A stretch of 63,050 nucleotides of DNA, filler included, from Hyphochytrium catenoides (Eukaryota; Protista; Hyphochytriomycota), in the NCBI GenBank assembly GCA_900088475.1. It is 7 parts of 7 records of this genome, joined end to end, with 100 filler letters (N's around TTAATTAATTAA, not from the genome) between each part and the next. Parts side by side here need not be neighbours in the genome. Positions count along the whole stretch, not along the records: positions 23,375 to 40,835 come from FLMG01001856.1; positions 40,936 to 42,399 come from FLMG01003154.1; positions 42,500 to 44,921 come from FLMG01004091.1; positions 45,022 to 47,814 come from FLMG01002714.1; positions 47,915 to 59,966 come from FLMG01002833.1; 2 more parts are not named here. One strand, 5' to 3'. A model generated the notes under the pieces. The model was not told the DNA's origin, did no database searches, and saw nothing but the letters and a program-made list of their open reading frames with translations. The position numbers and the translations under genes were made by a program. Shown here one piece after another: positions 38,932 to 49,020 of this stretch (positions are counted from its first letter, which is position 1; every line of letters starts with the position of its first letter).

Positions 38932-40266
38932 ATGAGAACAGTGAAGTACAGATTGAGTATGAATCTGTTCTTTGCTGCCAACGCTACTATGAAGGGCCAA
39001 CGGACATTGTGGTTGAAAGGAGGAATAAGCCCACCGGTTCGGGCTCGAAGATCTATGTCTACTGTAACATCGCGCAGTCTGCATGGCTGCAAAGTCGATC
39101 CGCTGCTGAATCGCTCTTCTCTGGGGTTCATGGACAAAATTGATTGCAAGCTTTTCCCTGGTCACAGACAGATTAGGTCCCTCTCTAGTATGGACCCAGA
39201 CGGCAGCGGCACGAAGAATACCGCCGTGTGCGACCCTACCCCAAGGGCTGCCCTTGTTAGCAAACTCGTCGTACTGGCATCACCGGCACTCATCCCTCAG
39301 CATAGTGCGGACGAACCACACAGTCCTCCTGCTGTTGCGCAGCAGGCCTTTGGCACCTTACTTTCTGGAAGTAGTAGGACAATTGTAGAGCGTACTGGTG
39401 CTGTTGATTCAGCGCTCCCGTTCACGAAGGTCAAGGAGGGTCTTGCGCTTCGCCAAAAGAAGGGACAAATCCGGAGCTTTTCCATCTCGGACGGTGGCCT
39501 AAGTGTCTCTTCTCCTTGGGACCAAGTAAAATTATGCTGTAACGTAAGAAACCACAAGAGGAGGGTTGTCTTGCAGAAAGTAGTAGGCTCGAATAGTGTG
39601 GTGGAAGGGGCCAGTGCGCAGCGGAAGATAAGGGAGGACCGGAGTATCACAGAAACGATAGAGAAGACGAAGAGCACCGGCATGTTAAGGAAAGGGCCCA
39701 AAAGCCATGGAACGCATTGCGTCGGAAAATTGTATGAAGAACTGGTGATTGCCAGGCTCGAAACGGAGAGGCTTCATGGATGGCTTTGTCGACGAGGAGG
39801 AAAAGGCTCGAATTATGTGCCGCTACGGCTCTCCAAGTTCATAGAGGTGAAGAGGGTGGCCACGAGAGGTTTGGACTACAACACCATGGCGCCTTGGACT
39901 CTCTATTATCCGAAAGCGAGCAACTTTCCGTTGGCAGATATTCTCTTCAAGGACCACAGCGGTGTGCTCTACGGCCTACAGGTTACTACCATGGAAAGAC
40001 GGCAAAACAAGCAGATAACAGACTCAAATCTTCAGATTTTCGCTAAAGCGGTAAATTTGCTGCCTGAGGACCGCCGTATGTTCCGTATGATTCTTATTCC
40101 AACACCGGGCCGGGCCGACCGCTCAGAGCTAAAGTTCTGCCCTAAGATTGATGCTGCATCTTTGCCTGAGTATGAAGTGTGGAAAATGCCAGTTGACGTG
40201 GAGGTTGAGATCAGCATACAAGCTTACAGAAGTTATGCAAAAAACCACTTACAGAAGTGGCACTAA
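38932..40266 (+). CDS. Crinkler/RHS-type REase-fold nuclease (member E), catalytic motif intact
   Basis: GKLYEELV...LYYPKASNFPLADILF...GLQVTT...RMILIP...YEVWKMP. Confidence 0.85.
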   Translation: MRTVKYRLSMNLFFAANATMKGQRTLWLKGGISPPVRARRSMSTVTSRSLHGCKVDPLLNRSSLGFMDKIDCKLFPGHRQIRSLSSMDPDGSGTKNTAVCDPTPRAALVSKLVVLASPALIPQHSADEPHSPPAVAQQAFGTLLSGSSRTIVERTGAVDSALPFTKVKEGLALRQKKGQIRSFSISDGGLSVSSPWDQVKLCCNVRNHKRRVVLQKVVGSNSVVEGASAQRKIREDRSITETIEKTKSTGMLRKGPKSHGTHCVGKLYEELVIARLETERLHGWLCRRGGKGSNYVPLRLSKFIEVKRVATRGLDYNTMAPWTLYYPKASNFPLADILFKDHSGVLYGLQVTTMERRQNKQITDSNLQIFAKAVNLLPEDRRMFRMILIPTPGRADRSELKFCPKIDAASLPEYEVWKMPVDVEVEISIQAYRSYAKNHLQKWH

Positions 40267-40964
40267 CTATTCACGAATGACTCTTGTTTACCATCCCAAG
40301 AGCCCAAGAGTGGTGGGTCAGCTCTCATTGTCATTAAGGAGAGGAGACGAGGGAGGAGGTAGTGCCGACAGGGCATTGTCGAGCACTGTTCCTGGAGGAC
40401 AGCTGAGTAGGTTTCCTTGACGTCACCATTCGCTGTCCTAGCTTTCTATGTCCGACAACAAGGAAGGGCACTAATAATAATACGGAGTGCCGGTCAGTAG
40501 TCAGTAGAACTGGAAGGTTCTCTTCTTCCGAACTACTTTGCCACCACTCTGCCACCACCACCACTCCTCTGCCGCCTTTCTCACCAATAGTTCTACTCTT
40601 CTTTGTCCTTCTCGTGTTTCTCCAGTGTCCTCCATTATAAAAATAGATAGAACTAGTGCTACAGTGGTAAAGGGGACTCTCCTGGAACAACTGTTTCGTT
40701 CTACTTGCCAGTTCTACAAGTACAGAACTGGTTGTTCAAGAGTACCGTTTATTAGAAGCCAATCTGAGAAGCAGTACAAGTAAGTGGTACAGGCTGATCT
40801 GGTCAATAATGACCTATTTTCTCCGAAAGACCGGCNNNNNNNNNNNNNNNNNNNNNNNNNNNNNNNNNNNNNNNNNNNNTTAATTAATTAANNNNNNNNN
40901 NNNNNNNNNNNNNNNNNNNNNNNNNNNNNNNNNNNTCCTCTTCGTTTAATCTTCGCACTTGCAG

Positions 40965-42399
40965 GACCGCAAGACCATGGATGTGGGCGCCAATCTTTTC
41001 ATTGGAAATCTTGACGCGGAGGTTGACGAGAAGCTACTGTATGACACTTTCTCAGCCTTTGGAGGCATCGTGCAACCACCTAAGGTAAGGCTTGCGGGCC
41101 TGATCGCTGTCGTCTTTTATACTTCCCATCGAGCACCTTTAACTATACCCATTCAACACTGTCCGCACGACGAGTAGTCCTTTATTGTCCGATGACATGA
41201 CGAAATGGGCTCCTTTCACCACTTCAGGCTCGCTGGACTGAGTGCTCTTCTCCGTTTCCTTCATGCTGACTCGATATCTTGCCCCATCTGAGTATTCCTC
41301 CCTTCTCTCACATCCCTGTCTTCCTGCTATTTTGTTGCGCAGATTATGCGCGATCCGGATACGGGGATGTCCAAGGGTTTTGGCTTTGTAAGCTTCGACA
41401 GCTTTGAGGCGTCGGACTTGGCTATTGAATGTATGAACCAGCAGTTCCTGTGCAATAGGAAGATAGTAGTGCAGGTAGCGAACCTTTCCTTTCATTTCTT
41501 CCTCTCGTATCCGCTCGATCTACTCCATGGCCACTCTCGTCTCGCAGTCTGATACTTCCGTCTCCTCCTTTGCCCTTGTTTGTCATGACTTTTTGGCAGC
41601 TCTCCCTTCCCTTCTCTTTATCCCTCTCCCTTTGTGGTCGTCCAACGATAGGCGTTTCTAATCGCCGCCGATCCCTTGTGCACTTTCTCAGTATGCCTTC
41701 AAAAAAGACACGAAGGGAGAGAGACATGGTTCACAAGCGGAGCGATTACTGGCTGCCAATAATCCTAACAAGCTGAGACCTCACACAATGTTTGCGGCGG
41801 CGCCGGGAGGAATGCCGCCACCTCCAGTTCCACCTCCTCCTCCAGGGGCTATGGGAATGCCTCCTCCACCTCCACACATGGGCATGGGGTAAGCTCCTCT
41901 CTCTGTTTTTGCCTGTTGGCCGTTCTCTCCTTCTTTCGCTCTCTCTCTCTGGCTTCTTGTGGGAATCGCAAGAAATGGAAGTCTAGCACTGTCAACAGTC
42001 GTGGCTGAGATCCTCTAGATTACCTTTCCTTGTCCCTGAATATCAGGTCATGTCTACCAGTTCTTATGGTTATTGAATCTCTGACAGCCTGGTATCGCCC
42101 TCTTTGTTCTCTCTCCCTCTCTCTCCACACAGAATGGCTCCTCCTCCTCCTCCCATGTTCCCTGGACAGGGACCAATGGCACCTCCACCTCCACCACCTC
42201 CTCCCATGTTTCCTGGAGGAGGCGCCCCTCCTCCGCCTCCTCCACCTCCTTCCATGGGAGGAGGGAACTCACTCCTCGGCGCACCAGCCCCTCCTCCTCC
42301 TCCTCCTCGAATGGGAGGAGTGCTAGGAATGCCCCCGCCGCCTCCTGGAGGTCATCCTGGCGGGAGACTCGCTCCTCCTCCTCCTCCTCCTCCTCCTCC
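40965..42399 (+). CDS. SF3B4: Splicing factor 3B subunit 4 (SAP49), partial; exons 40965-41084, 41343-41474, 41692-41888, 42133 to gap
   Basis: RRM2 [64 protein letters not shown], then a poly-Pro tail; in-phase GT-AG introns. Confidence 0.96.
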
Positions 42400-42560
42400 N
42401 NNNNNNNNNNNNNNNNNNNNNNNNNNNNNNNNNNNNNNNNNNNTTAATTAATTAANNNNNNNNNNNNNNNNNNNNNNNNNNNNNNNNNNNNNNNNNNNNA
42501 TCTAATGACATTGTCCAATCATCCCATATTGGCATTGCCACCCAACTCTAAACTTCATCA

Positions 42561-43335
42561 TAGGGTCCCACAAAATAGAGACTACCCTTTCTGGCTTATA
42601 AGCCGAGCAGAACTCATACTATAATTGTCTCCGAATCCCACACATTCATCAATGCTCCTATTCGACTCTCGGCAAGCTGATGCTAATTGAGCTAGTGACC
42701 CAGCTGACCGCAAGCGTATCACAGACTATTTATTGTTGAGCCTCAACGGCGGTGCTTTTGCGTGGAAGTAAAAGAAACAATCTCTCCGATCGTCGTCAAC
42801 GACGGAAGCGGAGTGCGTCTCTCTTTGGTCCGCAAGCCAGGACGCAGAGCACTTCAGCGTATCCTGAGCGAGCTTGGCTTCTTCAACCAGCTGTCCAATC
42901 CTACTAGATAGCCAGGACAACAACAAAGCGAGATTGCTCTCTGCTCCTCTTCACGACCAAGGTCAAAGACTTTAGATGTCAAGCACTGTATTCTGCAAGA
43001 GAAGGTAGCCAACTTGATGATCCTTTCACCAAGGATTCTCGACCTCTCTCTTACCTACAGACACTTGGAACTGCGGGGAGGTGTTGAGTTGTCGACTATC
43101 TCAGTCTTACTTCATAGGCTAAGATGTACCAGACCAACTGTCCAAGTTGTAAACCCAATAAACTCCAATCGGAGTTATGGCTTATCCCTATGGGACTCCC
43201 TACTATTAGGAATAGAACACAGTATTATGCAGGATTGGTATCCACTAGGGTCCCACAAGCTAGAGGCTACCCATTCTGGCTTATAAGCCGAGGAGGAACC
43301 TTTCATAACATTGTCTCCGAATCACATACATTCAT
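42561..43335. repeat. Diverged ~90-bp direct repeat pair (42561-42649 and 43246-43335)
   Basis: Shared blocks TAGGGTCCCACAA, TTCTGGCTTATAAGCCGAG, ATTGTCTCCGAATC and ACATTCAT. Confidence 0.8.
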
Positions 43336-44273
43336 TCTACGCTGAGAACGTTGTCCTCGTCTTTTCGGTCCATCTGCTCCTGCACTTTGATCCATACGTC
43401 CGGCGTAGGCTGACTCTTGTCCTCCAGTAGCGACAGGAGCTCATCAGGAACAAGGGAAAGCAGTTTGTTGATTGTCTCCCAATCATTATTCTTCCGGTTC
43501 TTCTTGCTCGTCTTTGAGAAATTCTTACTGGTGAGCGAGTGTGGGCAAACATAACCTAATGAGTTTCACAGAGCTGAATGGCAATGCTTGAAGCTTTCCT
43601 CACACTGACTACTGCACAATATTCTTCGTTCAATCATCATCTACTTACTGCCAAGGATTTCATTATACACTGTTGGTAGGCACAAAGGAGGAAGCCCTAG
43701 AATGGGCACCCGATATTTGAATGGAAGTCGACTGTAGTGGAAAATTAGAGATAGATAGCGGGCGAGGTGCAGGGATACGTTCAAGCCTTCATCTTCCCTA
43801 CTTTTTTACCTCTTTTTTGCCTATCATTTATTAGTCTGATAACAGATGATACACTTGCCTGCACATCGTACAATTAGACTCTAGTGTAATCATCATGGAG
43901 GAGCTACGCATAAGCTTGGAAAGCATGAGACAATCTTTGACTGTATCGAGCAGATTATCACCACCACTTGGAAGAGCTCCTTTACGTCTTAGAGCACGTG
44001 CTTGTTGATGTCATTGAGAGGGCGAACCGCTATAAACACAAGTAGGACTACTGTGTAGTAGCCCTACATCATTGACCCGATAGTGGTAGGAATGTCCTTC
44101 ACAGCAAGCAGCCAACTTTTATCATTTAAGGCAAGAGAAGGCTATTAAGCTCTATTACGGCTGTATGTACACTGGCAAAAAGGCGAATGTGAAGCGGGGG
44201 TTGTCTTGCAATCACTTTTTAGGTACAGCTCCACCCTTAAATTTTGCCACTGCAACCACGTCGTAATCCTCAA

Positions 44274-44727
44274 TCATAGATAAGAGAAAGCATCTGAGGC
44301 TGTCGCGCGGACATAGGGGTTCGTTGTGCCTTCTGGACAATCGCTGACGGTTGCGCACACTCCGTTGCAGGAGGAGTTTTGCAGTCCCTCTTTGTTCCCG
44401 TACGTGCCTTGGGGGCAAGGCTCCTGTTTGGAGCTTGTAGATCCCTGAGGGCTACATCACAGAGAGAAACGACAGACAACAAGATGTAACAAATCCGCTA
44501 CCTAGAACCGCTGTCTAGGTGGGCACTAATAAAGTAAAGGAGCTAACTTTGGAAGAGGGTATTGGAGTTAAAGAGACGAGTACCGGAAAGAGAGACTACG
44601 ATCACATACACCTACCAGTAATGGCCTTTAGCGCAGAGTCCACTGCAAGTAGAAGTCGATAAGCCACTTGTCCCACCCCACACGCCCGGTGGGCATGGTG
44701 TTTTGACTCCTCCCTGGCAATATGTCC
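44274..44727 (-). CDS. Last two exons (44727-44616, 44451-44274) of a Cys-rich GCC2/GCC3 (ephrin-receptor-like) repeat protein
   Basis: Spliced peptide TYCQGGVKTPCPPGVWGGTSGLSTSTCSGLCAKGHYC|PQGSTSSKQEPCPQGTYGNKEGLQNSSCNGVC...*; exon phases match. Confidence 0.8.
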
Positions 44728-45271
44728 CTGATAGATAGAAAGGTAGTAGGACATGTCCTCCCATTAGTGCACGACGGGATAGGTTTGCCAAATAATAAGC
44801 AGCAGCAATTTTAGGCAAATGAGATATGGAAGGTCGTACTTTATCTAAGGCCAGAAGGCTATAAGCATTTTACTATATGTGATGAGACGAACAGTTGAGG
44901 TACACGCACCACGAGATGACTNNNNNNNNNNNNNNNNNNNNNNNNNNNNNNNNNNNNNNNNNNNNTTAATTAATTAANNNNNNNNNNNNNNNNNNNNNNN
45001 NNNNNNNNNNNNNNNNNNNNNACACACACACAATTTCGCGTTTCAGACCCTTGACCTGAAGGCCAAGGGCATAATGCTAGCGTGACCAATTGTAACCGTG
45101 CAACAATGGTAGAAAATAGCAGGTAATGCAAGTGGGATGATTAACTTGAAGGACAGAGTCGAACGAAGGAACTATCAAATATTATTTATGCTGCCGTCTT
45201 CTTCCTTTTCTCTTTATTGCCTCCAGTTACCAACAATTACGGGTTGTTATTATGGTCTCTCGTCAATGTAG

Positions 45272-45808
45272 TTGGATGTGGGTCAGACTGGAGGAAAATC
45301 CTCATTTTGGCTTGATGTGGAGGAAGCGTATTACACGAGGGATCCTAGCGCAAAAGCCGCTTTCGCGAAGGTGTATTTAGATACTTCTCATGACGAATCC
45401 AAGTTCTGTGGAATTGACCCAGGAAATCTACGAGGCATACAGCGGAGAAGCTGTCCCAAATATTGAAGAAAGAGCTAAGTACTGACTGTATTGACCACCG
45501 CCACAGAAGTCTAATCGTCCACCACAGAATTTGAAGAAGTCGTGGTCGTTGGTGTCAGACTTGCTGAATTTGCCAAGGCACTGACAGTATTGGCCAGTTA
45601 GCTCTTTCCATATTTGGGACAGCTTCTCCGCTGTATGCCTCGTAGAGGACAGCTTTCCTGGGTCAATCCCACAGAACTTGGATTCGTCATGAGAAGTATC
45701 TAAGTACACCTTCGCGAAAGCGGCTTTTGCGCTAGGATCCTCCGTGTAATACGCTTCCTCCACATCAAGCCAAAATGAAGATTTTCCTCCAGTCTGACCC
45801 ACATCCAA
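45272..45808. repeat. Fold-back inverted repeat, arms 45272-45478 and 45598-45808
   Basis: Both arms translate to DVGQTGGKSSFWLDVEEAYY... on opposite strands; near-identical apart from a few substitutions and small indels. Confidence 0.95.
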
Positions 45809-46400
45809 GCAACTCAGTACGAGAAGCTGGAGATCCAATCCCGCCAATGCGATGAGCGAAATTGTCGCTGAAAATGATGTTGATCAGTCTCGGGGCACAG
45901 TTCTTTGTTTTCCTGCTCACATCTTCTGGTGCTGCTGCTGCTCTCTTGGAGCCTCTTCGCTATCTGGTCCTTGATAACCTCCATTGGCTTCACGATTTCG
46001 CTCACTCGAAGGTCGGATAACTTCGCCCGCCCTGAGGTCTGCAATTTTAAGACCTGTATACGGAACGCCCATCGTCTTGAACTCCGTTCTCAGGTCGAGA
46101 TATTTAGTCTGTCCAATAGCTGTCTTGGCAATAGCAATTTTCTCCTTGGCACTTTTAGAAAGGGAGCCATACATCTTTGCAAACTACTTGTCTACTTCGT
46201 AGAACCAAGGTCTTTCTCCTGGCGGTGGTGGTGCTAGTGATGAAGCCTCCTCCTTTGAGCTGCGATTCTCTTCCGCCGCGGCTGGGCCAACAACACCATC
46301 ATCACTACTGCTATTACCAATGGACCTGCCGCCTTCATTTTCCAACATTTCCAAATCACCGAGATCCGCGGACTGCTGCTCCTGATCAGGGGAAGGCATG
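45490..46400 (-). pseudogene. Frameshifted, 3'-truncated gene of an uncharacterised family (possibly Myb/SANT-like, transposon-associated)
   Basis: Consecutive peptide blocks over three frames: WFYEVDK...; CAPRLINIIFSDNF; LDVG..FWLDVEEAY..IDPG..KLSQIWKEL..Y..F..DFFKFCGGRLD. Confidence 0.5.
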
Positions 46401-48790
46401 CCTTGTTACTGGTGGAGAGAAAGTAGACTGGAGGAAGAAGGAGGAAGTGGTGGTTAGTGACGAATAGAGGTCTTGCTGCTTTGAATGAAGACGATGAGCT
46501 CCAGGACTCTGCGGCAGCTTCTGTTTTTGATTCTTCGTGCTGACGAGGAGAGACCAGCGATTGTCTGTTGGTGTTTGTTGTGAGTGCTGCTATAAAACAA
46601 AAAAAAGCGCGGGAAGGGAGGTATCCGTTAGCGGCCTGCTATTGGTTTGGTACCGTTGTGGCGCCGATAAGAAGGTGACTCGACCAGCTGTTTGCTGTCT
46701 GACGGGTATGGGGACCGGCGACCGCACAATCAGTATACCGTACTGGTCTGTAGCTGGTCTCGATAAGAACGCCCCTTAATAAGTGCTATAGGGATCGATA
46801 GCTCGTGCTTCTGAAAGAAGAATCTATTCTTCTACTCGTATCATTATAATGAGAGCATCATGAATCTCCGACTTCTGCAACAACTCTACGAACAAGTGGA
46901 GTAGGAGTGTAGGAGGTAAGGCTTATTAGTGATTATTATTGCAAGCCCTTTATGCAAGCCCTTTATTATAATTGGGAAAAGGCTCCGAGAACAAACGTAC
47001 ATAGTCTCGGTCTCCTATAATTAAAATCGGATATTGTTGTATTCCTTGACTGACAACCCTCCCTCCATTTTCACAAGGTGAGACAAGAACAGGGGGCAAA
47101 CTAAGAATGGGTCTTTTGGCCCTTTCCTCATCTTCCTCACTCCTATAAGAAGGAAACGTGAGCTATACGAATTTAGGGTCGTCGTTAAAAGTGATGTGAA
47201 GCTTTCAGAAAACGAAAGCAATGGACACGGTGCTACATAATACTTATAGTTGAAGCTTTGTGCAAAATGTTTCTTATGGAAACCTTCAGGAAGGCTGCCT
47301 TTCTGAGATGGCGATGTCCTTTGGCACCACTACCACATACTGAGAGGAATATTACCACACCACAAATCCCATATGTTCAAGGTCTGGAGTCGAATGGCGT
47401 ATTACCGAAAAGGGCCATTGAGAAATTTTTGACTTTCCCGGTTGCCCCCGAAAAAGCTCTTTGTGCCTTACATTTTTCCTGATAAGAACTGTGGCGGAGT
47501 GGTAATACCTGATGGGAAATAGATACGGACACTTGTTATATAATCTCCGCCACTTGGCGCTCTAGTCATAGTAATACGTCCGGGTAGTCATCTGATGCGA
47601 GGCTCACCATTAACAGTAAGAATGCGGTGAGACAGAGCAGGCACTAGGTGTGTCCTACTCGAGAGAGTGTATGGGATAAAGGGGTTTAAGAGCTCAATAC
47701 CAATGAGAAACAGAGTGACAGAGATTGAGTTTCAATGATGACAACAGGGCTGTCGTGTCCTTCCTTGTGTCATCTCTAATAACATAGAGACGCACAGAGG
47801 GAGAGAGAGAGAGANNNNNNNNNNNNNNNNNNNNNNNNNNNNNNNNNNNNNNNNNNNNTTAATTAATTAANNNNNNNNNNNNNNNNNNNNNNNNNNNNNN
47901 NNNNNNNNNNNNNNTTCCGCCATTGTCGTCTTCCGCTTGAGAAAGCACTCTGGTGTCTCCGATGGGTGAACGCTATCCCTCTTGTCTCTCTCTCTTTCTC
48001 GATCCCTGGGTGTGCCTCTCTCTCCTCGTCACCTTATCTTTCCTCTTCTGCTGCTGAGACTCAAATGCAAAACAGGCAACAACTTTCTCCGGGGATACTG
48101 ATTATAAGTGAATTTCTTACTAGTTGAGAGCGAATAGTGCAAACTATCTGAGCCAACAGGAGAGAGACAGAAGAAGATGGGAAAGGTTATGATTGACGGT
48201 GAGCAGAAAGGAAGTGGTAGGCCTTGTTCTCTCCGGACCGAGCAGGTTGAGAGGCCGCGTAAGGCCGCAGAACAGACGTCAAGGTACGGAGAGGAAAGAG
48301 AGACGAAAGCAAGGGTCTACGCATAGTGCGGGAGAGGAAGGAAGAAAGGAGAGAATAAGAGAGAGGGAAGGAAGAGTGAAGAAAAGGAGAGGGTAGTAAG
48401 TGAGAAGACCGGCGAGCAAAAGAAAGGAAACGAGGCGAAAGCTAGAGACAGAGTGACACACTCCGGTTAAAGAGCACTCCAAAAAGAGGGACAGACCGCG
48501 AACGTGAAGAAAAGAGTGACGGTTATCTGCCTGGAAGAGAGAAATCGTGAGGGGAGAAGAGCAGTGCTCTCTCTGACTTCCATTGGTTCCTACCTAAATT
48601 ATTAAGGTTGCCTATGCGGAAGAGTCACTGAGGAGAGATAGTCGAAGAATGACGATGCAATACTTGAGGGGAAAGAAAAGGTAATCAACAGAAGAGTTAC
48701 ATGGGGCTGGAGAGCAGCGAGTGGAAAGCGCGAACAAGAGCAAGAGATGTTGGATCCTGCGACCCGGAGAGAGAGAGAGAAAGGGACCGA

Positions 48791-48870
48791 GAGAGCGATT
48801 GAGAGTGAGAGAGAGCGACTGAGAGTGAGAGAGAGCGACTGAGAGTGAGAGAAGGCGACTGAGAGTGAGA
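48791..48870. repeat. 20-bp minisatellite, four copies
   Basis: GAGAGCGACTGAGAGTGAGA units with 0-2 mismatches. Confidence 0.9.
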
Positions 48871-48943
48871 GAGAGACACGGTGGGGGACCGAGAGAGCGA
48901 GGGAGCGAGGGAGAGTGAGTGAGAAAGAGAGAGAGTGAGAGGA

Positions 48944-49020
<77 letters not shown>

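Noticed and set aside
48791-48870. Regular 20-bp repeats as a CRISPR array
   Set aside because: Head-to-tail with no spacers, derived from GA repeats, eukaryotic context and no cas genes.
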